A stretch of 64,000 nucleotides of DNA from Acholeplasma sp. (GCA_036677365.1 JAVBWN010000021.1:12804-76803); one strand, 5' to 3'; numbered from the stretch's first letter, positions 19,082 through 29,875 are shown. Program-made: numbers and translations. The notes: generated by a model from the letters alone, not told the origin.

Positions 19082-21145
19082 ATGAAATTAATCACACTGT
19101 TTAAAGATGGCGCGACGCACACATTTGAGTCGCTCCAAGAAATCACCCAGTTAGATGCCATCACTTTATCGGAAAAACTCGATGAATTGTTGAATCAAAA
19201 GAGAATAACCAAAAAGGATACATTATACACCTTAAAATCGAGTTATGCTATAGGGTTATTAGATATCAAAAACCAGGGTTTTGGTTTTTTACTTCAACCT
19301 GAGGATGATTTATATATATACGAAGAAGACATGGGTTTCGCGCTCGATGGCGATTTGGTTTTGGTCCATGTGGGGGCGAGAAACAAGGTGGTTGATGTCT
19401 TGGAACACAACACCACGGAACTCGTTGTCCATGTTAAAAAAATGAACACACAATACGTGTTTTTACCGATCAAACCACTCAGACTAATCATTCAAGTGGA
19501 AACCAAACAACCTTTCTTAGGTGGTGAGGTTTTACTCATCAGCCTTGATAAATATGAAGGTAAACATGTATTCGGTTCAATCAAGAAAACCTTAGGGTTT
19601 GAAACCGACCCAGGGATGGATATCCTTGAATTGGTCTACCAAGCCAACTGGCCATATGAGTTTTCAAAAGAAGCTTTAAATGAAGCAGAAACCATCGAAT
19701 CCATCGATATCGCTCCAAGAAGAGAAGTCAAAGACGAACTCATCGTTACGATTGATGGTGTCGATGCGAAAGATTTAGATGACGCTGTGGCACTTAAGAA
19801 AGTGGATAATTACTATATTTTATCGGTACACATCGCAGACGTATCTGCCTACGTTCAACCCAATTCTTTTTTAGACAAAGATGCTTTAGATCGAACCACA
19901 TCGGTCTATTTGGCCGACCGTGTCATACCCATGTTACCAAGAAAGTTATCGAATGATTTGTGCAGTTTAAATGCCGGCACACGAAAAAAATGTTTATCTG
20001 TCACGATGACACTTGATCTCGATGCCAATGTGATTGACCATAAGATTGAACAAACGTGGATATCGGTAGATAAACGCCTTAATTACGATGAAGTCAATTT
20101 ATTCTTAGATGGTGAAACATCGCTATATACCCCTGAAATTGAACAAATGATGATTCAAATGGCTGAATTATCAGCGATATTGGAAGACAAACGTCGTGAA
20201 CGTGGGGCACTTGAGTTTAAATCATTAGAATTTAAGTACGAAACGGATGACATGGGTAACATCATCGATATCCACCCTTATGTTACAGGAAAAGGACAAA
20301 AATTGATTGAATCCTTCATGGTGCTTGCGAATGAAACGGTCTCGATGCACCTATCCTCATTGGAATTACCTTGTATCTATCGTGTTCATGACAAACCAAC
20401 CGAAGAAAAGTTGATCAACGTCATGAATATGGTTAAAGAAATGGGCATTAAAATCCCTAAGCTACACCACATTACACCAAGAACCCTACAAAATATCATC
20501 GATAAACTCGAAGGCCATCCCCTTGAAATTGTATTCCATACGATGTTTTTAAGGGCGATGCAAAAAGCGGAATACAGCGGTAAAAATATTGGACATTACG
20601 GTTTGGCTTCCAAGTTCTATTCGCATTTCACCTCACCGATTCGTCGATATCCTGATTTACTCTTGCACCGATTGATTCGAGTATTCTTGATTGAAACCGA
20701 CCAGTTTGAAAGAAACTATAAATACTATGAATCGGTCATTGAAACCATCGCGGAAAAATGCTCCATGATGGAACGAAAAGCCGATGAACTCGAAAGAGAA
20801 ACCGACAAATTGAAAACCACTGAATTTATGGCTAATAAGAAAAATCAAGTCTTTGATGCCATCATTTCAAACATCACCAAAGCGGGTATTTTTGTTAGAC
20901 TAGACAATGGCATTGAAGGGTTAGCACCCATCCGCTTGATGAAAGATTATTATTATTTTGACGATATTCGTCTCACGCTCAAAGGCAAAAACAACAAACA
21001 AGAATTCGCCATCGGTAAGCCGATTCGCGTTAAATTGATCGATTGTGATATTGTGCTTAGACAACTGACGTTTACCGTATTTGAGGAAAAGAAAAATGAC
21101 ACAAAAGAATTCCATCGTCACCCAAAACAAAAAGGCAAGGCATGA
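19082..21145 (+). CDS. rnr: Ribonuclease R
   Basis: TIDG.DAKDLDDA, LSVHIADVS, HYGLA...YSHFTSPIRRYPDL, C-terminal S1 domain. Confidence 0.96.
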   Translation: MKLITLFKDGATHTFESLQEITQLDAITLSEKLDELLNQKRITKKDTLYTLKSSYAIGLLDIKNQGFGFLLQPEDDLYIYEEDMGFALDGDLVLVHVGARNKVVDVLEHNTTELVVHVKKMNTQYVFLPIKPLRLIIQVETKQPFLGGEVLLISLDKYEGKHVFGSIKKTLGFETDPGMDILELVYQANWPYEFSKEALNEAETIESIDIAPRREVKDELIVTIDGVDAKDLDDAVALKKVDNYYILSVHIADVSAYVQPNSFLDKDALDRTTSVYLADRVIPMLPRKLSNDLCSLNAGTRKKCLSVTMTLDLDANVIDHKIEQTWISVDKRLNYDEVNLFLDGETSLYTPEIEQMMIQMAELSAILEDKRRERGALEFKSLEFKYETDDMGNIIDIHPYVTGKGQKLIESFMVLANETVSMHLSSLELPCIYRVHDKPTEEKLINVMNMVKEMGIKIPKLHHITPRTLQNIIDKLEGHPLEIVFHTMFLRAMQKAEYSGKNIGHYGLASKFYSHFTSPIRRYPDLLLHRLIRVFLIETDQFERNYKYYESVIETIAEKCSMMERKADELERETDKLKTTEFMANKKNQVFDAIISNITKAGIFVRLDNGIEGLAPIRLMKDYYYFDDIRLTLKGKNNKQEFAIGKPIRVKLIDCDIVLRQLTFTVFEEKKNDTKEFHRHPKQKGKA

Positions 21146-21566
21146 TTATTTCATTGAACAATCGTATGAGGCAGGGATCAACCTAAGAGGGACAGAAGTC
21201 AAATCCATCCGTGAAGGTAAAGTGTCTGTCAATGATGCGTATGTTCAAATTAAACACGGCGAAATTTTCATCATCAACATGCACGTTTCCCCGTACACGC
21301 ATGGGAACCTCTTTAACCATGAAGAAACCAGGACCAGAAAACTGCTCATGCACAAAAAAGAAATTTTAAAAATTGAAGCGAAAATCAAAGAAGATGGCTA
21401 TACAGTCATCCCTTTAAAAGTATACTTTGTTGAAGGTTTAGTGAAAGTTGAAATCGCGATTGCTAAAGGTAAAAAACTATTTGATAAGCGCGAATCTTTA
21501 AAAGAAGAAGATGCGAAAAAACACATGAAGAAGACCATTAAGGAGGCATTCCGACGTGAAAGTTAA
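21096..21566 (+). CDS. smpB: SsrA-binding protein
   Basis: NKKARHDY, YEAGI.L.GTEVKS, RTRKLL.HK.EI, KGKK..DKR; overlaps rnr by 50 nt. Confidence 0.97.
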   Translation: MTQKNSIVTQNKKARHDYFIEQSYEAGINLRGTEVKSIREGKVSVNDAYVQIKHGEIFIINMHVSPYTHGNLFNHEETRTRKLLMHKKEILKIEAKIKEDGYTVIPLKVYFVEGLVKVEIAIAKGKKLFDKRESLKEEDAKKHMKKTIKEAFRRES

Positions 21567-22545
21567 AGTTGGATTGATGTTGGGCGGTGGTGGTGCCAAA
21601 GGTGGTTATCAACTGGGTGTCATCCGCGCTTTACAAGAAGCCAATTTAATCGACAAAATCGATTGCATCGCGGGCACTTCTATCGGTGCCATCAATGCTC
21701 TTTTAGTGATGTCTTTAAACGACGCCAACAAAATCAGTGAAATTTGGCAATTGGCTCAATCCAACAATCCAATCCGACAAAAATCATTTAGAATTAAACA
21801 AGACAAAGAAGGCTTATACAGTCTGGAAGTCTTGAAAGATATTTTTGAAAAATATATCGATGTCAAGAAAGTCAAAAACTCAAAAATCGATACATTCGTT
21901 GTAGCTTCTAAGATTATTGATACCAAGAAGATTGCTTCTCAAATTCGTACAGGCAATCACGAAAAAACGGTATTTCATTTGAATGAGATGGATCATTGCT
22001 TTGATGCTGTCATTGCATCCGCATCCATCCCTCTGTTTTTCGGTACGACATATATCGGTGGTGAAGCCTATGTCGATGGGGGTTTGGTCGACAATAACCC
22101 AATAGACATTCTAATTGAACAGGGGTGTAATGTGATTTTAAGTGCCCCCTTAGACCATGGGTTCAATTATAACGCGTATGCTAACCACAAGATTTTATTC
22201 ATCAATCTGACGGATTTCAATGTGTTTAGTGCATTACCACTCATCGATGCTTATGACATCATCCGATTTACAGAAGAATCGATTGAAGAACGACAAAACT
22301 ATGGGTACTTGGTTGCCAGTGAAATCATCACCAAACTACGCGATATGGGTATTTTAAAACGCGGTTTGTTTGGGATGAATGAGAATTTCGTCAGGGTAGA
22401 TAAATTCACTTATATTGAAGCACCTAAGGAAACTTATGAACGTGTGAAAGCATTACGAAAAGAACGCCGTATCACCAGAAGAGAAGCACAAAAACGCTTG
22501 TCCATTAAAGAAAAGATTGAACAAGCACTGAATAGAGGTAAGTAA
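21556..22545 (+). CDS. Patatin-like phospholipase
   Basis: GGGAKG, GTSIG and DGG motifs. Confidence 0.92.
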   Translation: MKVKVGLMLGGGGAKGGYQLGVIRALQEANLIDKIDCIAGTSIGAINALLVMSLNDANKISEIWQLAQSNNPIRQKSFRIKQDKEGLYSLEVLKDIFEKYIDVKKVKNSKIDTFVVASKIIDTKKIASQIRTGNHEKTVFHLNEMDHCFDAVIASASIPLFFGTTYIGGEAYVDGGLVDNNPIDILIEQGCNVILSAPLDHGFNYNAYANHKILFINLTDFNVFSALPLIDAYDIIRFTEESIEERQNYGYLVASEIITKLRDMGILKRGLFGMNENFVRVDKFTYIEAPKETYERVKALRKERRITRREAQKRLSIKEKIEQALNRGK

Positions 22546-23415
22546 ATGCAAATCATTGAATTTTTACAATCGTTTTCTAATCCAGTTTTAGACTGGGTCA
22601 TGCGTATCATCACTGAGTTTGGTGATCAATACTTTTTCATTCTCTTAGGGGCTATTTTGTACTGGACTGTGGATAAAAAATTCGCATTCAAATTGATGGT
22701 CGCTTATTTAGGTTCTGCCTTCATCAATGGGGGATTAAAAGCATTGACCAATAAACCCAGACCGTATCAAGAAGGGGCGAGACCCATCCTCCAACAAACC
22801 GAAGGGTCATCGATGCCTAGTGGACATGCACAAGCAGCAGGGTCACTTGCCATCAACCTATGGAATGAATATTATTATGCCAAATGGGTTCGCGGCTTGA
22901 TGATCGCGATGATCATCTTGGTGCCACTATCTCGCATGTATTTGGGTCAACACTATTTAGAAGATGTGTTGGTCGGTTTGGTATTGGGTTTGATTTTAGG
23001 CTCAACATTCATGTTCTTGTTGGGTGTGGGCAATTTTGATAAAGAACACATCCGTGCTTTGTATCCAGTGCCTATACTATTAATTTTAATGGCATTTTTC
23101 CACGAAGAACCCTTATTTGTTGCGGGTGGGGCATACATCGGTTTAGCGGTAGGGTATTTTCTAGAAAAGAAATATGTCAGATATAAAGTGGCAGCACCAG
23201 TTTTTATTCAAGTTTTGAAAGTGTTGCTAGGGTTAGCCATTGCTTTTGGATTAAAAGAAGGGTTAAAGTTTGTATTACCTTATTCAGCGAATGTCGATTT
23301 AAATCCAACGTTCTTGGATTTGAGTCTTGATTTTATCCGATATTTCATCATTGCTATGTGGGCGAGTTTAGGGATGATGTGGGTTTCTAAGAAACTATTT
23401 AAGAGAGCCAAATGA
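22546..23415 (+). CDS. PAP2-family membrane phosphatase
   Basis: K......RP, PSGH and SRMYLGQH...D motifs; multiple TMs. Confidence 0.92.
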   Translation: MQIIEFLQSFSNPVLDWVMRIITEFGDQYFFILLGAILYWTVDKKFAFKLMVAYLGSAFINGGLKALTNKPRPYQEGARPILQQTEGSSMPSGHAQAAGSLAINLWNEYYYAKWVRGLMIAMIILVPLSRMYLGQHYLEDVLVGLVLGLILGSTFMFLLGVGNFDKEHIRALYPVPILLILMAFFHEEPLFVAGGAYIGLAVGYFLEKKYVRYKVAAPVFIQVLKVLLGLAIAFGLKEGLKFVLPYSANVDLNPTFLDLSLDFIRYFIIAMWASLGMMWVSKKLFKRAK

Positions 23416-24851
23416 AAAAGTTTATACTCATTTGTATCACGTTGAGTTTAGGTTTTTTAACCGCCTGTGACACCCCGATCAACAACAATCCAGACCCACT
23501 ACCTGAACCCATCATCGATGCCGATTATGAACGTTTGTTTGATGATGATAACGAAAAATCCTTTACCCTCGAAGTAACCACCACCGAGTTTTACAAATTA
23601 GATCAATACATGATCGAATACAGAAACCAATTTGGCGATTTAAAAACGGACGCTGTGGTTCAAGGTAAATTGATCTACAGAGATACCCAAGGTGAACTTG
23701 AAATCGATCAAGTTGCTTGGCGCACGCGGGGTAATACCTCACGTACCCGCATGATAGACAACGAAGGCAACCTTAGACCTGTGTCATATAAAGTCTATTT
23801 TGATAAGCCACTGTATCTTGAATCTGGTTCAGAAGCTGAAAAAAACATAAAAAAACGTGAAGTCTTTGGTATGACTGAATTGAACTTCAAATTCAATCGA
23901 AACGAAGACCCTACCTATGTTTCTGAAAAGTATTCCTATGATTTATTCAATGCCTATGGTGTGTTCGCACCCAAAATAACGCATGCAAAGATGTATTTAA
24001 AAGTGGGTAGTGTGACCCATTTCTTAGGCATTTACAATGTGATTGAATCCATCGATCAATCGTTTTTAACCAAACGTTTTCCCAATGAAGACCAAGGCAA
24101 TTTATATAAAGTCCTGTGGCAACAATTTGGGCCAGCGAGTCTCGAACTCGGTTTTGACCCACGTGCCATTGGGATTAAAGATGAAGCGAGCCACTATTTC
24201 CCAAGTTATGACTTAAAAACCAATAAAAAAACCAACGATACCAGTGATATCGTCACTTTCATGGAAATGATCAATACGTTAGAGGGGTCCTATTTTAAGA
24301 CTTACATCGAAGCTAATTTTGATGTCGATCGCTTGTTGAGATTACTCGCCATTGGTGTGTTGTTAGGTAATCCAGATGACTACCGTGCGATGGGAAATAA
24401 CTATTATTTATACAGAAACGATATTACAGGTAAATGGACGATGATTCCATACGACTATGACCATGGTTTAGGTCAAGGGTGGGACGGCGCACCGGTATTT
24501 ACCAATTACTCGATTGGCATGGATATTTATGCTTGGGGTAACCTCAATACAGCCTTTGTGGGTAGAGAAATCAAACACCCACTCACCGATAAAATTCTCG
24601 CCATACCGGAATACCAATTACAATACGAAGCACACCTAAAAACCTTGATTGAAGACAATTATTTCAGTGAGACCGCATTTTTAGATGCGCATTTGGCGGT
24701 TAAAGCATTGTATGCCGATGATATTCAATCCGCCAAATGGCCAATCCCTTTTGGGATTAGAAACATCGAGTGGTATATTGGTGGCAAACGAAACGACATC
24801 ATCAACCAATTGAACTATTACACCAATAACCCCACAAAACGTCCAAAATAA
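23412..24851 (+). CDS. CotH-family kinase lipoprotein
   Basis: Lipobox FLTAC; RGNTSR, SYKV.F, GIY..IE.ID, N.DDY....NNYYLY, W..IPYDYD. Confidence 0.88.
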   Translation: MKKFILICITLSLGFLTACDTPINNNPDPLPEPIIDADYERLFDDDNEKSFTLEVTTTEFYKLDQYMIEYRNQFGDLKTDAVVQGKLIYRDTQGELEIDQVAWRTRGNTSRTRMIDNEGNLRPVSYKVYFDKPLYLESGSEAEKNIKKREVFGMTELNFKFNRNEDPTYVSEKYSYDLFNAYGVFAPKITHAKMYLKVGSVTHFLGIYNVIESIDQSFLTKRFPNEDQGNLYKVLWQQFGPASLELGFDPRAIGIKDEASHYFPSYDLKTNKKTNDTSDIVTFMEMINTLEGSYFKTYIEANFDVDRLLRLLAIGVLLGNPDDYRAMGNNYYLYRNDITGKWTMIPYDYDHGLGQGWDGAPVFTNYSIGMDIYAWGNLNTAFVGREIKHPLTDKILAIPEYQLQYEAHLKTLIEDNYFSETAFLDAHLAVKALYADDIQSAKWPIPFGIRNIEWYIGGKRNDIINQLNYYTNNPTKRPK

Positions 24852-24896
24852 ATGGATTATACTTGTAAAAGTCGGGATTTATGATAAAATAGCAAT

Positions 24897-25101
24897 AGAG
24901 CGAAGAACAAGACAAGTAATGAAGGCCAAACCAAAGAGAGATCAGTTAGGTGAAAGTGATCACGGTATTCATGAAGCTACTTGGGAGCGAATGGTAAACT
25001 GGCCTTAACAGTACAATGAAGGGCTAATCTTTAAGGGTTAGAACTAAGGTGGTACCGCGATTAACATCGTCCTTAGAATGCAAATTCTATGGACTTTTTT
25101 T
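24897..25101 (+). promoter_or_regulatory. Ala T-box leader
   Basis: AGAGA and GGTGAA stem I motifs; specifier GAA-GCT (Ala codon at 24976-24978); T-box AAGGTGGTACCGCG at 25046-25059; terminator at 25069-25101. Confidence 0.92.
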
Positions 25102-25114
25102 ATGGAGGAAAGAC

Positions 25115-27718
25115 ATGAGATACATGACGGCAGACGAAATTAGACAAACCTGGCTACGATTTTTTGAATCGAAAGGCCACAAAATTGAACCATCCGCATC
25201 CCTAGTGCCGATGGGTGACAAAACACTATTATGGATCAACGCTGGGGTCGCCCCACTCAAAAAATATTTTGATGGGTCTGCGATGCCACCCAACCCACGT
25301 TTGACCAATATCCAAAAGTGCATCCGCACCAACGATATTGATAACGTAGGTAGAACGGCGAGACACCATACCTTCTTTGAAATGCTCGGAAACTTTTCCA
25401 TTGGGGATTATTTTAAGCCTGAAGCGATTGAATTTGGCTTTGAACTGCTCACCAGTGAACAGTATTTTGGCTTCCCAAAAGAAAAACTATACATGACCTA
25501 TTATCCAGACGATTTCGTTGCGAGAGACAAATGGATTTCTTTAGGCGTCGACCCAACCCATTTGATTCCGCTTGAATCGAATTTCTGGGAAATTGGTGAA
25601 GGTCCGTCAGGACCAGACACCGAAATATATTTTGACCGCGGTGAACAATACGATTTACGTGGATCAGAATTGATTGCGAATGACATAGAAAATGAACGTT
25701 TCATCGAAATATGGAACATTGTTTTCTCACAATATAACGCAAAACCGGGCACACCAAGAAAAGATTATAAAGAATTACCAAATAAAAACATCGATACAGG
25801 TGCAGGTCTTGAACGTTTCGCTTGCGTCATTCAAGGGACTAAGACCAATTTTGAAACCGACCTATTTATGCCAATCATCCAACATACCGAAAAATTATCG
25901 GGTGTGACTTATACCGGTCAAATGGCATTTAAAGTCATCGCTGACCATGTGAAGACATTGTCAATGGCGATTGCTGATGGGGCGATTCTATCCAATGAGG
26001 GTAGAGGTTATGTTTTAAGAAGATTGTTAAGACGTGCCACCAAATATGGTAAGAAACTCGGTCTACAAGAAGCCTTCTTACACTTACTTGTGGATGATGT
26101 CATCCAAATTATGGGCCATTTCTATACCAATGTCAAAGACAATGAAAAAATGGTAAAACGCGTCATTTTGGCTGAAGAAAACAAATTCTTAGAAACCTTG
26201 GCTTCTGGTGAAAAACATTTATTAGAAGCCTTAGAAGGTGTATCTGAACTAAGAAAAGAAGATGCTTTTAAATTGTATGATACCTATGGGTTTCCAATTG
26301 AACTCACGTTAGAATTGTCTGAAGAATTGGGTAAAACGGTCGATCTTGAAGGTTTCAAAGCATTGATGGAAAAACAAAAAGAATTGTCCAGAGCGAACCG
26401 TAACGCTGAAAATTCCATGAAGTCTCAAGAAGCGGAATTCTTGTCCTTTAAAACGCCTAGCGTATTTATTGGATATGATACGCTATCTTCTAGAAGTGAG
26501 GTCATCAAATCATTCCCTCAAGGGGTTGTTTTAGACAAGACCCCATTCTACGCAACCATGGGTGGACAAGTGGCTGATCACGGGACCATCAATGGTTATC
26601 CAGTCAAAGATGTGGTCAAATTACCTAACGGACAAACACTCCATGTGATGGATGAATCCTTTGATGAAGGCGAAATGGTTGTTTGTGAAGTCGACTCAGC
26701 GAATCGTACAAAAATCCTAAAGAACCACTCAGCAGCACACTTATTCCACAAAGCATTAAAAGTGACTTTAGGTAACCACTCCAACCAACAAGGGTCACAA
26801 GTCAGTGAACAAACCATGCGTTTTGACTTCAATAACTATGAAGCCCTAACCGTCGAGGAATTACTGAAAATAGAAGCCATCGTCAATGAAGCCATTTTAA
26901 AAGATTACCCTGTAGATACCATCGAAATGCCACTTGAAGAGGCCAAAGCCATGGGTGCGATGGCACTGTTTGGTGAAAAATACCATGACATCGTACGTGT
27001 CGTCAATATCGGTAATTATTCGATTGAACTTTGTGGGGGTACCCATGTGAAACGTACAAGTGACATTGAACGTTTCGCCATCACATCTTACGAATCGATT
27101 GGTTCGGGGATTTATCGTGTTGAAGCGGTCACGGGCAAGCATTTAGAATCCGATATGGTATATGCCTTAAAGCCATTTGAAGCAGAAATCGATACACTCA
27201 AACAAAAAGAAGAACGTTTGGTGGCTGAATTGAAACAAATCGATGCTAAATTTAGGGTAGATTCCCCAAACAGAAGTCGTTTGATTGGGTCATACAATGA
27301 CATCATCGCCCTCAGAAAATACATTGAAGTGCTTAAAGAACACAACAAGAATCTTGAAAAACAATTGCTACAAATGAAACAAAAACAGGCTTTATCTAAT
27401 CTCGATAGGTACATTCAATCCGACAGTAAATATCAAATCATTCTTGAAAAGAATTTAGATAAAGATATTCAAAAGCAACTCGTCGATGCAATCTATGATA
27501 AAATAAAAGCGGAAGTGGTATGTTTGATCAATGAAACCGATGAAAAACTCCTCTTCTTATGCAAAACAAATCAAGTAGATGCGAAAGCGATGATTCAAAA
27601 AGCAGCGGCTGTTTCGAATGGTTCTGGTGGGGGTAAACCTGACTTTGCTCAAGGTGGTACCGCAGATAAATCGAAACTAGATGCCATCGTAGCATCTTTC
27701 AAGGAGTGGTTTAATTGA
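25115..27718 (+). CDS. alaS: Alanine--tRNA ligase
   Basis: RHHTFFEMLGNFS, IDTGAGLER, editing HSAAH and ELCGGTH, GGGKPDFAQGG; start after GGAGG. Confidence 0.98.
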   Translation: MRYMTADEIRQTWLRFFESKGHKIEPSASLVPMGDKTLLWINAGVAPLKKYFDGSAMPPNPRLTNIQKCIRTNDIDNVGRTARHHTFFEMLGNFSIGDYFKPEAIEFGFELLTSEQYFGFPKEKLYMTYYPDDFVARDKWISLGVDPTHLIPLESNFWEIGEGPSGPDTEIYFDRGEQYDLRGSELIANDIENERFIEIWNIVFSQYNAKPGTPRKDYKELPNKNIDTGAGLERFACVIQGTKTNFETDLFMPIIQHTEKLSGVTYTGQMAFKVIADHVKTLSMAIADGAILSNEGRGYVLRRLLRRATKYGKKLGLQEAFLHLLVDDVIQIMGHFYTNVKDNEKMVKRVILAEENKFLETLASGEKHLLEALEGVSELRKEDAFKLYDTYGFPIELTLELSEELGKTVDLEGFKALMEKQKELSRANRNAENSMKSQEAEFLSFKTPSVFIGYDTLSSRSEVIKSFPQGVVLDKTPFYATMGGQVADHGTINGYPVKDVVKLPNGQTLHVMDESFDEGEMVVCEVDSANRTKILKNHSAAHLFHKALKVTLGNHSNQQGSQVSEQTMRFDFNNYEALTVEELLKIEAIVNEAILKDYPVDTIEMPLEEAKAMGAMALFGEKYHDIVRVVNIGNYSIELCGGTHVKRTSDIERFAITSYESIGSGIYRVEAVTGKHLESDMVYALKPFEAEIDTLKQKEERLVAELKQIDAKFRVDSPNRSRLIGSYNDIIALRKYIEVLKEHNKNLEKQLLQMKQKQALSNLDRYIQSDSKYQIILEKNLDKDIQKQLVDAIYDKIKAEVVCLINETDEKLLFLCKTNQVDAKAMIQKAAAVSNGSGGGKPDFAQGGTADKSKLDAIVASFKEWFN

Positions 27719-28131
27719 TTTACATCGGTCTAGATTTAGGGGAGAAAACCCTGGGCATTTCAAGGAGTGATTCAGGCATTTTTTCAACCCCGATTGGGAC
27801 CCATCGTTTCTTTGAAAACCATTATGAAGACGCTGCGAATTACATTTCGAAATACATCAATGAAGAAGGTGTCGATGTCGTTGTCTTGGGTTATCCAAAG
27901 CACATGAATGATGACATTGGGATCCGTGCTCAAGTCAGTGAATCCTTTAAAGCGATGATTGAGTCCAAGACCAAGGCGAAAGTCGTATTGTGGGACGAAC
28001 GCTTATCGACATTTGAAGCTTTGTCACTCATGACTGAAATGGGCATCAAAAAAGACAAACAAAGACAAAAGAAGGATGAATTAGCAGCGCTCATCATTCT
28101 CCAAAGTTATTTGAACCGAAAAGGAGATTAA
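27715..28131 (+). CDS. ruvX: YqgF/RuvX pre-16S rRNA nuclease
   Basis: GLDLGEKTLGIS, VVLGYP, WDERLST, DELAA..ILQSYL. Confidence 0.93.
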   Translation: MIYIGLDLGEKTLGISRSDSGIFSTPIGTHRFFENHYEDAANYISKYINEEGVDVVVLGYPKHMNDDIGIRAQVSESFKAMIESKTKAKVVLWDERLSTFEALSLMTEMGIKKDKQRQKKDELAALIILQSYLNRKGD

Positions 28132-28132
28132 T

Positions 28133-28423
28133 ATGGAAGATAACAAACTCACCATCATTTATGATGGCGAAGAAGTGATGGCAGACATTCTGTTTACCCA
28201 TTACTCTGAACAAACTGAAAAGAATTACGTGGTATTTCAATTTTCCGACCGCGAAGAAATCAGCGCGGCTGTATTCGTTGAGACCGAGAATGGCGAAGGC
28301 TATTTCGAGGATGTGCAAACTGACGAAGAATGGGAAATGCTTGATGAGTTATTAGAAAACTACTTAGGTGATGACCAGGATGACGAAGAAGCACAAGACG
28401 AAGACGAATCTGACGAAGATTAA
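28133..28423 (+). CDS. DUF1292 (YrzB-like) acidic protein
   Basis: ILFT......K.YV, TDEEWEM; position after ruvX. Confidence 0.85.
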   Translation: MEDNKLTIIYDGEEVMADILFTHYSEQTEKNYVVFQFSDREEISAAVFVETENGEGYFEDVQTDEEWEMLDELLENYLGDDQDDEEAQDEDESDED

Positions 28424-28985
28424 TGAACTCAAACTAAAAGCCCAATCCTTAAAAGTACCAATCCTATCTGACGATGGGCTTTTATTTTTGGTAGAGACCC
28501 TCGAAAAGCACCAGGTAAAAACCGTTTTAGAAATCGGTTCGGCGGTGGGTTACAGCGCATTGGCCATGACCATCCACGCAGGTGTTAAAGTCACAACCAT
28601 CGAGCGCGAACCAGAGTTACACGCACTCGCAAGAAAAAACGTCCTAAGTTTTGATTTATCAGATGAAGTCACTTTACTTTTCGGTGACGCTTTAGACATA
28701 GAATTGGATCCATCGAGTCGTTTTGACGCCATTTTTATCGATGCTGCGAAGGCACAATATGAAAAATTCTTTACCAAATTTGAACCCTACTTAAACGTGG
28801 GGGGAATCATCATCACAGATAATTTGAATTTTCACAATGTCGATCTAGATACCGTTTCTAGAGGCACCAAAAATTTAGTCAAAAGACTGGAATCATTCAA
28901 GCAATTTTTAAAAGACCATACAGATTATGAAAGTGAATTGTTCGATATCGGTGACGGTATGAGCATTTCAAAAAGGATCCAATGA
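28380..28985 (+). CDS. trmR: O-methyltransferase (YrrM/TrmR, tRNA ho5U methylation)
   Basis: LEIGSAVGYS, FDAIFIDAAK.QY, IITDN, IGDG; start uncertain (28368-28380; SD AGGTGAT favours 28380). Confidence 0.82.
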   Translation: MTKKHKTKTNLTKINELKLKAQSLKVPILSDDGLLFLVETLEKHQVKTVLEIGSAVGYSALAMTIHAGVKVTTIEREPELHALARKNVLSFDLSDEVTLLFGDALDIELDPSSRFDAIFIDAAKAQYEKFFTKFEPYLNVGGIIITDNLNFHNVDLDTVSRGTKNLVKRLESFKQFLKDHTDYESELFDIGDGMSISKRIQ

Positions 28986-29875
28986 TGAAAAAACTCGTAA
29001 CACTATTTAAAATAGAATCCATCCCGTTGTTATCGCCTTGGGTCGATGGGTTTATCCTTGGGCAAAATGGCGTATCTACGCGATTGACACGTAGTTTTAC
29101 CACCAAGGAAATCATCGAAGCATCGAAACAAATGAAATCTTTGAATAAAGATTGTTTTGTCATCATGAATCGCATTCTACACGATTTTGATGCAAGTCGT
29201 TATCAAACGTTCATTGAAACTGTGGATAGTGAAGCCATCACAGGCTACATCGTAGGTGATATTGGGGTATTGTCGATTGGGAAAACGTTGGGTATCGCAC
29301 ATAAAATGGTCTACAATCCAGAAACCCTCATCACGAATGTATTTGATGCCCATTTTTATCATAGTTTGGGTATTAAAGGGGTGTATTTAGCCAAAGAAAT
29401 CACACTTGATGACATCGTTACCATTGGTCAAAACCGCCCATACAGTTTATTCGCTTATGGTCATGGGTATTTAAATATGTTTTATTCAAAACGTCAACTG
29501 ATTGAAGCCTATTTTGAAAATAAGCATCAATCCAATGATTTCCACGATGCGAGAAATCTATCCGTTGTAGAAGAAAAAAGGCCTGAGTATAAATACCCGA
29601 TTCTGGAAGATGAGGCGGGTACTCACGTGTTTAGAAATCACGTATTTGCCAGTTTGAATCACTTAAAAACACTCGCTCAATCGATCGATTATTTGGTTTT
29701 CGACACGGTATTTCATGACGATACCTATGCTTTAGATGTCTTAAAAATATACAGTGAAGCAGCCCAATTAATGGATGCACAGGTGATTGAACTTCAAAAA
29801 AAATACCATGAAGTTTGGGACGAAGGGTTCTTCTTTAAAAAGACCGTCTACAAACCGAAGAAGGTGGAATTATGA
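28982..29875 (+). CDS. trhP1: U32-family protein (YrrN/TrhP1-like)
   Basis: YNPETLITN, LAKEITL, HG...MFYSKR.L, Y.I.EDE.GTHVF; synteny. Confidence 0.78.
   Translation: MMKKLVTLFKIESIPLLSPWVDGFILGQNGVSTRLTRSFTTKEIIEASKQMKSLNKDCFVIMNRILHDFDASRYQTFIETVDSEAITGYIVGDIGVLSIGKTLGIAHKMVYNPETLITNVFDAHFYHSLGIKGVYLAKEITLDDIVTIGQNRPYSLFAYGHGYLNMFYSKRQLIEAYFENKHQSNDFHDARNLSVVEEKRPEYKYPILEDEAGTHVFRNHVFASLNHLKTLAQSIDYLVFDTVFHDDTYALDVLKIYSEAAQLMDAQVIELQKKYHEVWDEGFFFKKTVYKPKKVEL

Noticed and set aside
21567..21700. tmRNA (ssrA) expected after smpB
   Set aside because: The region is patatin coding sequence; no tmRNA, tRNA or rRNA signature was recognised anywhere in the window
21556..22545. Patatin as a CBASS CapV-type defence effector
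   Set aside because: No CD-NTase or other defence genes adjacent; it is embedded in a housekeeping operon
25049..25114. Longer N-terminus for alaS, and similar ORF-track extensions for eno, smpB, comEC, rpsT, yolD and ktrA
   Set aside because: The extensions run through the T-box, promoters or upstream genes; downstream starts have proper SD sequences
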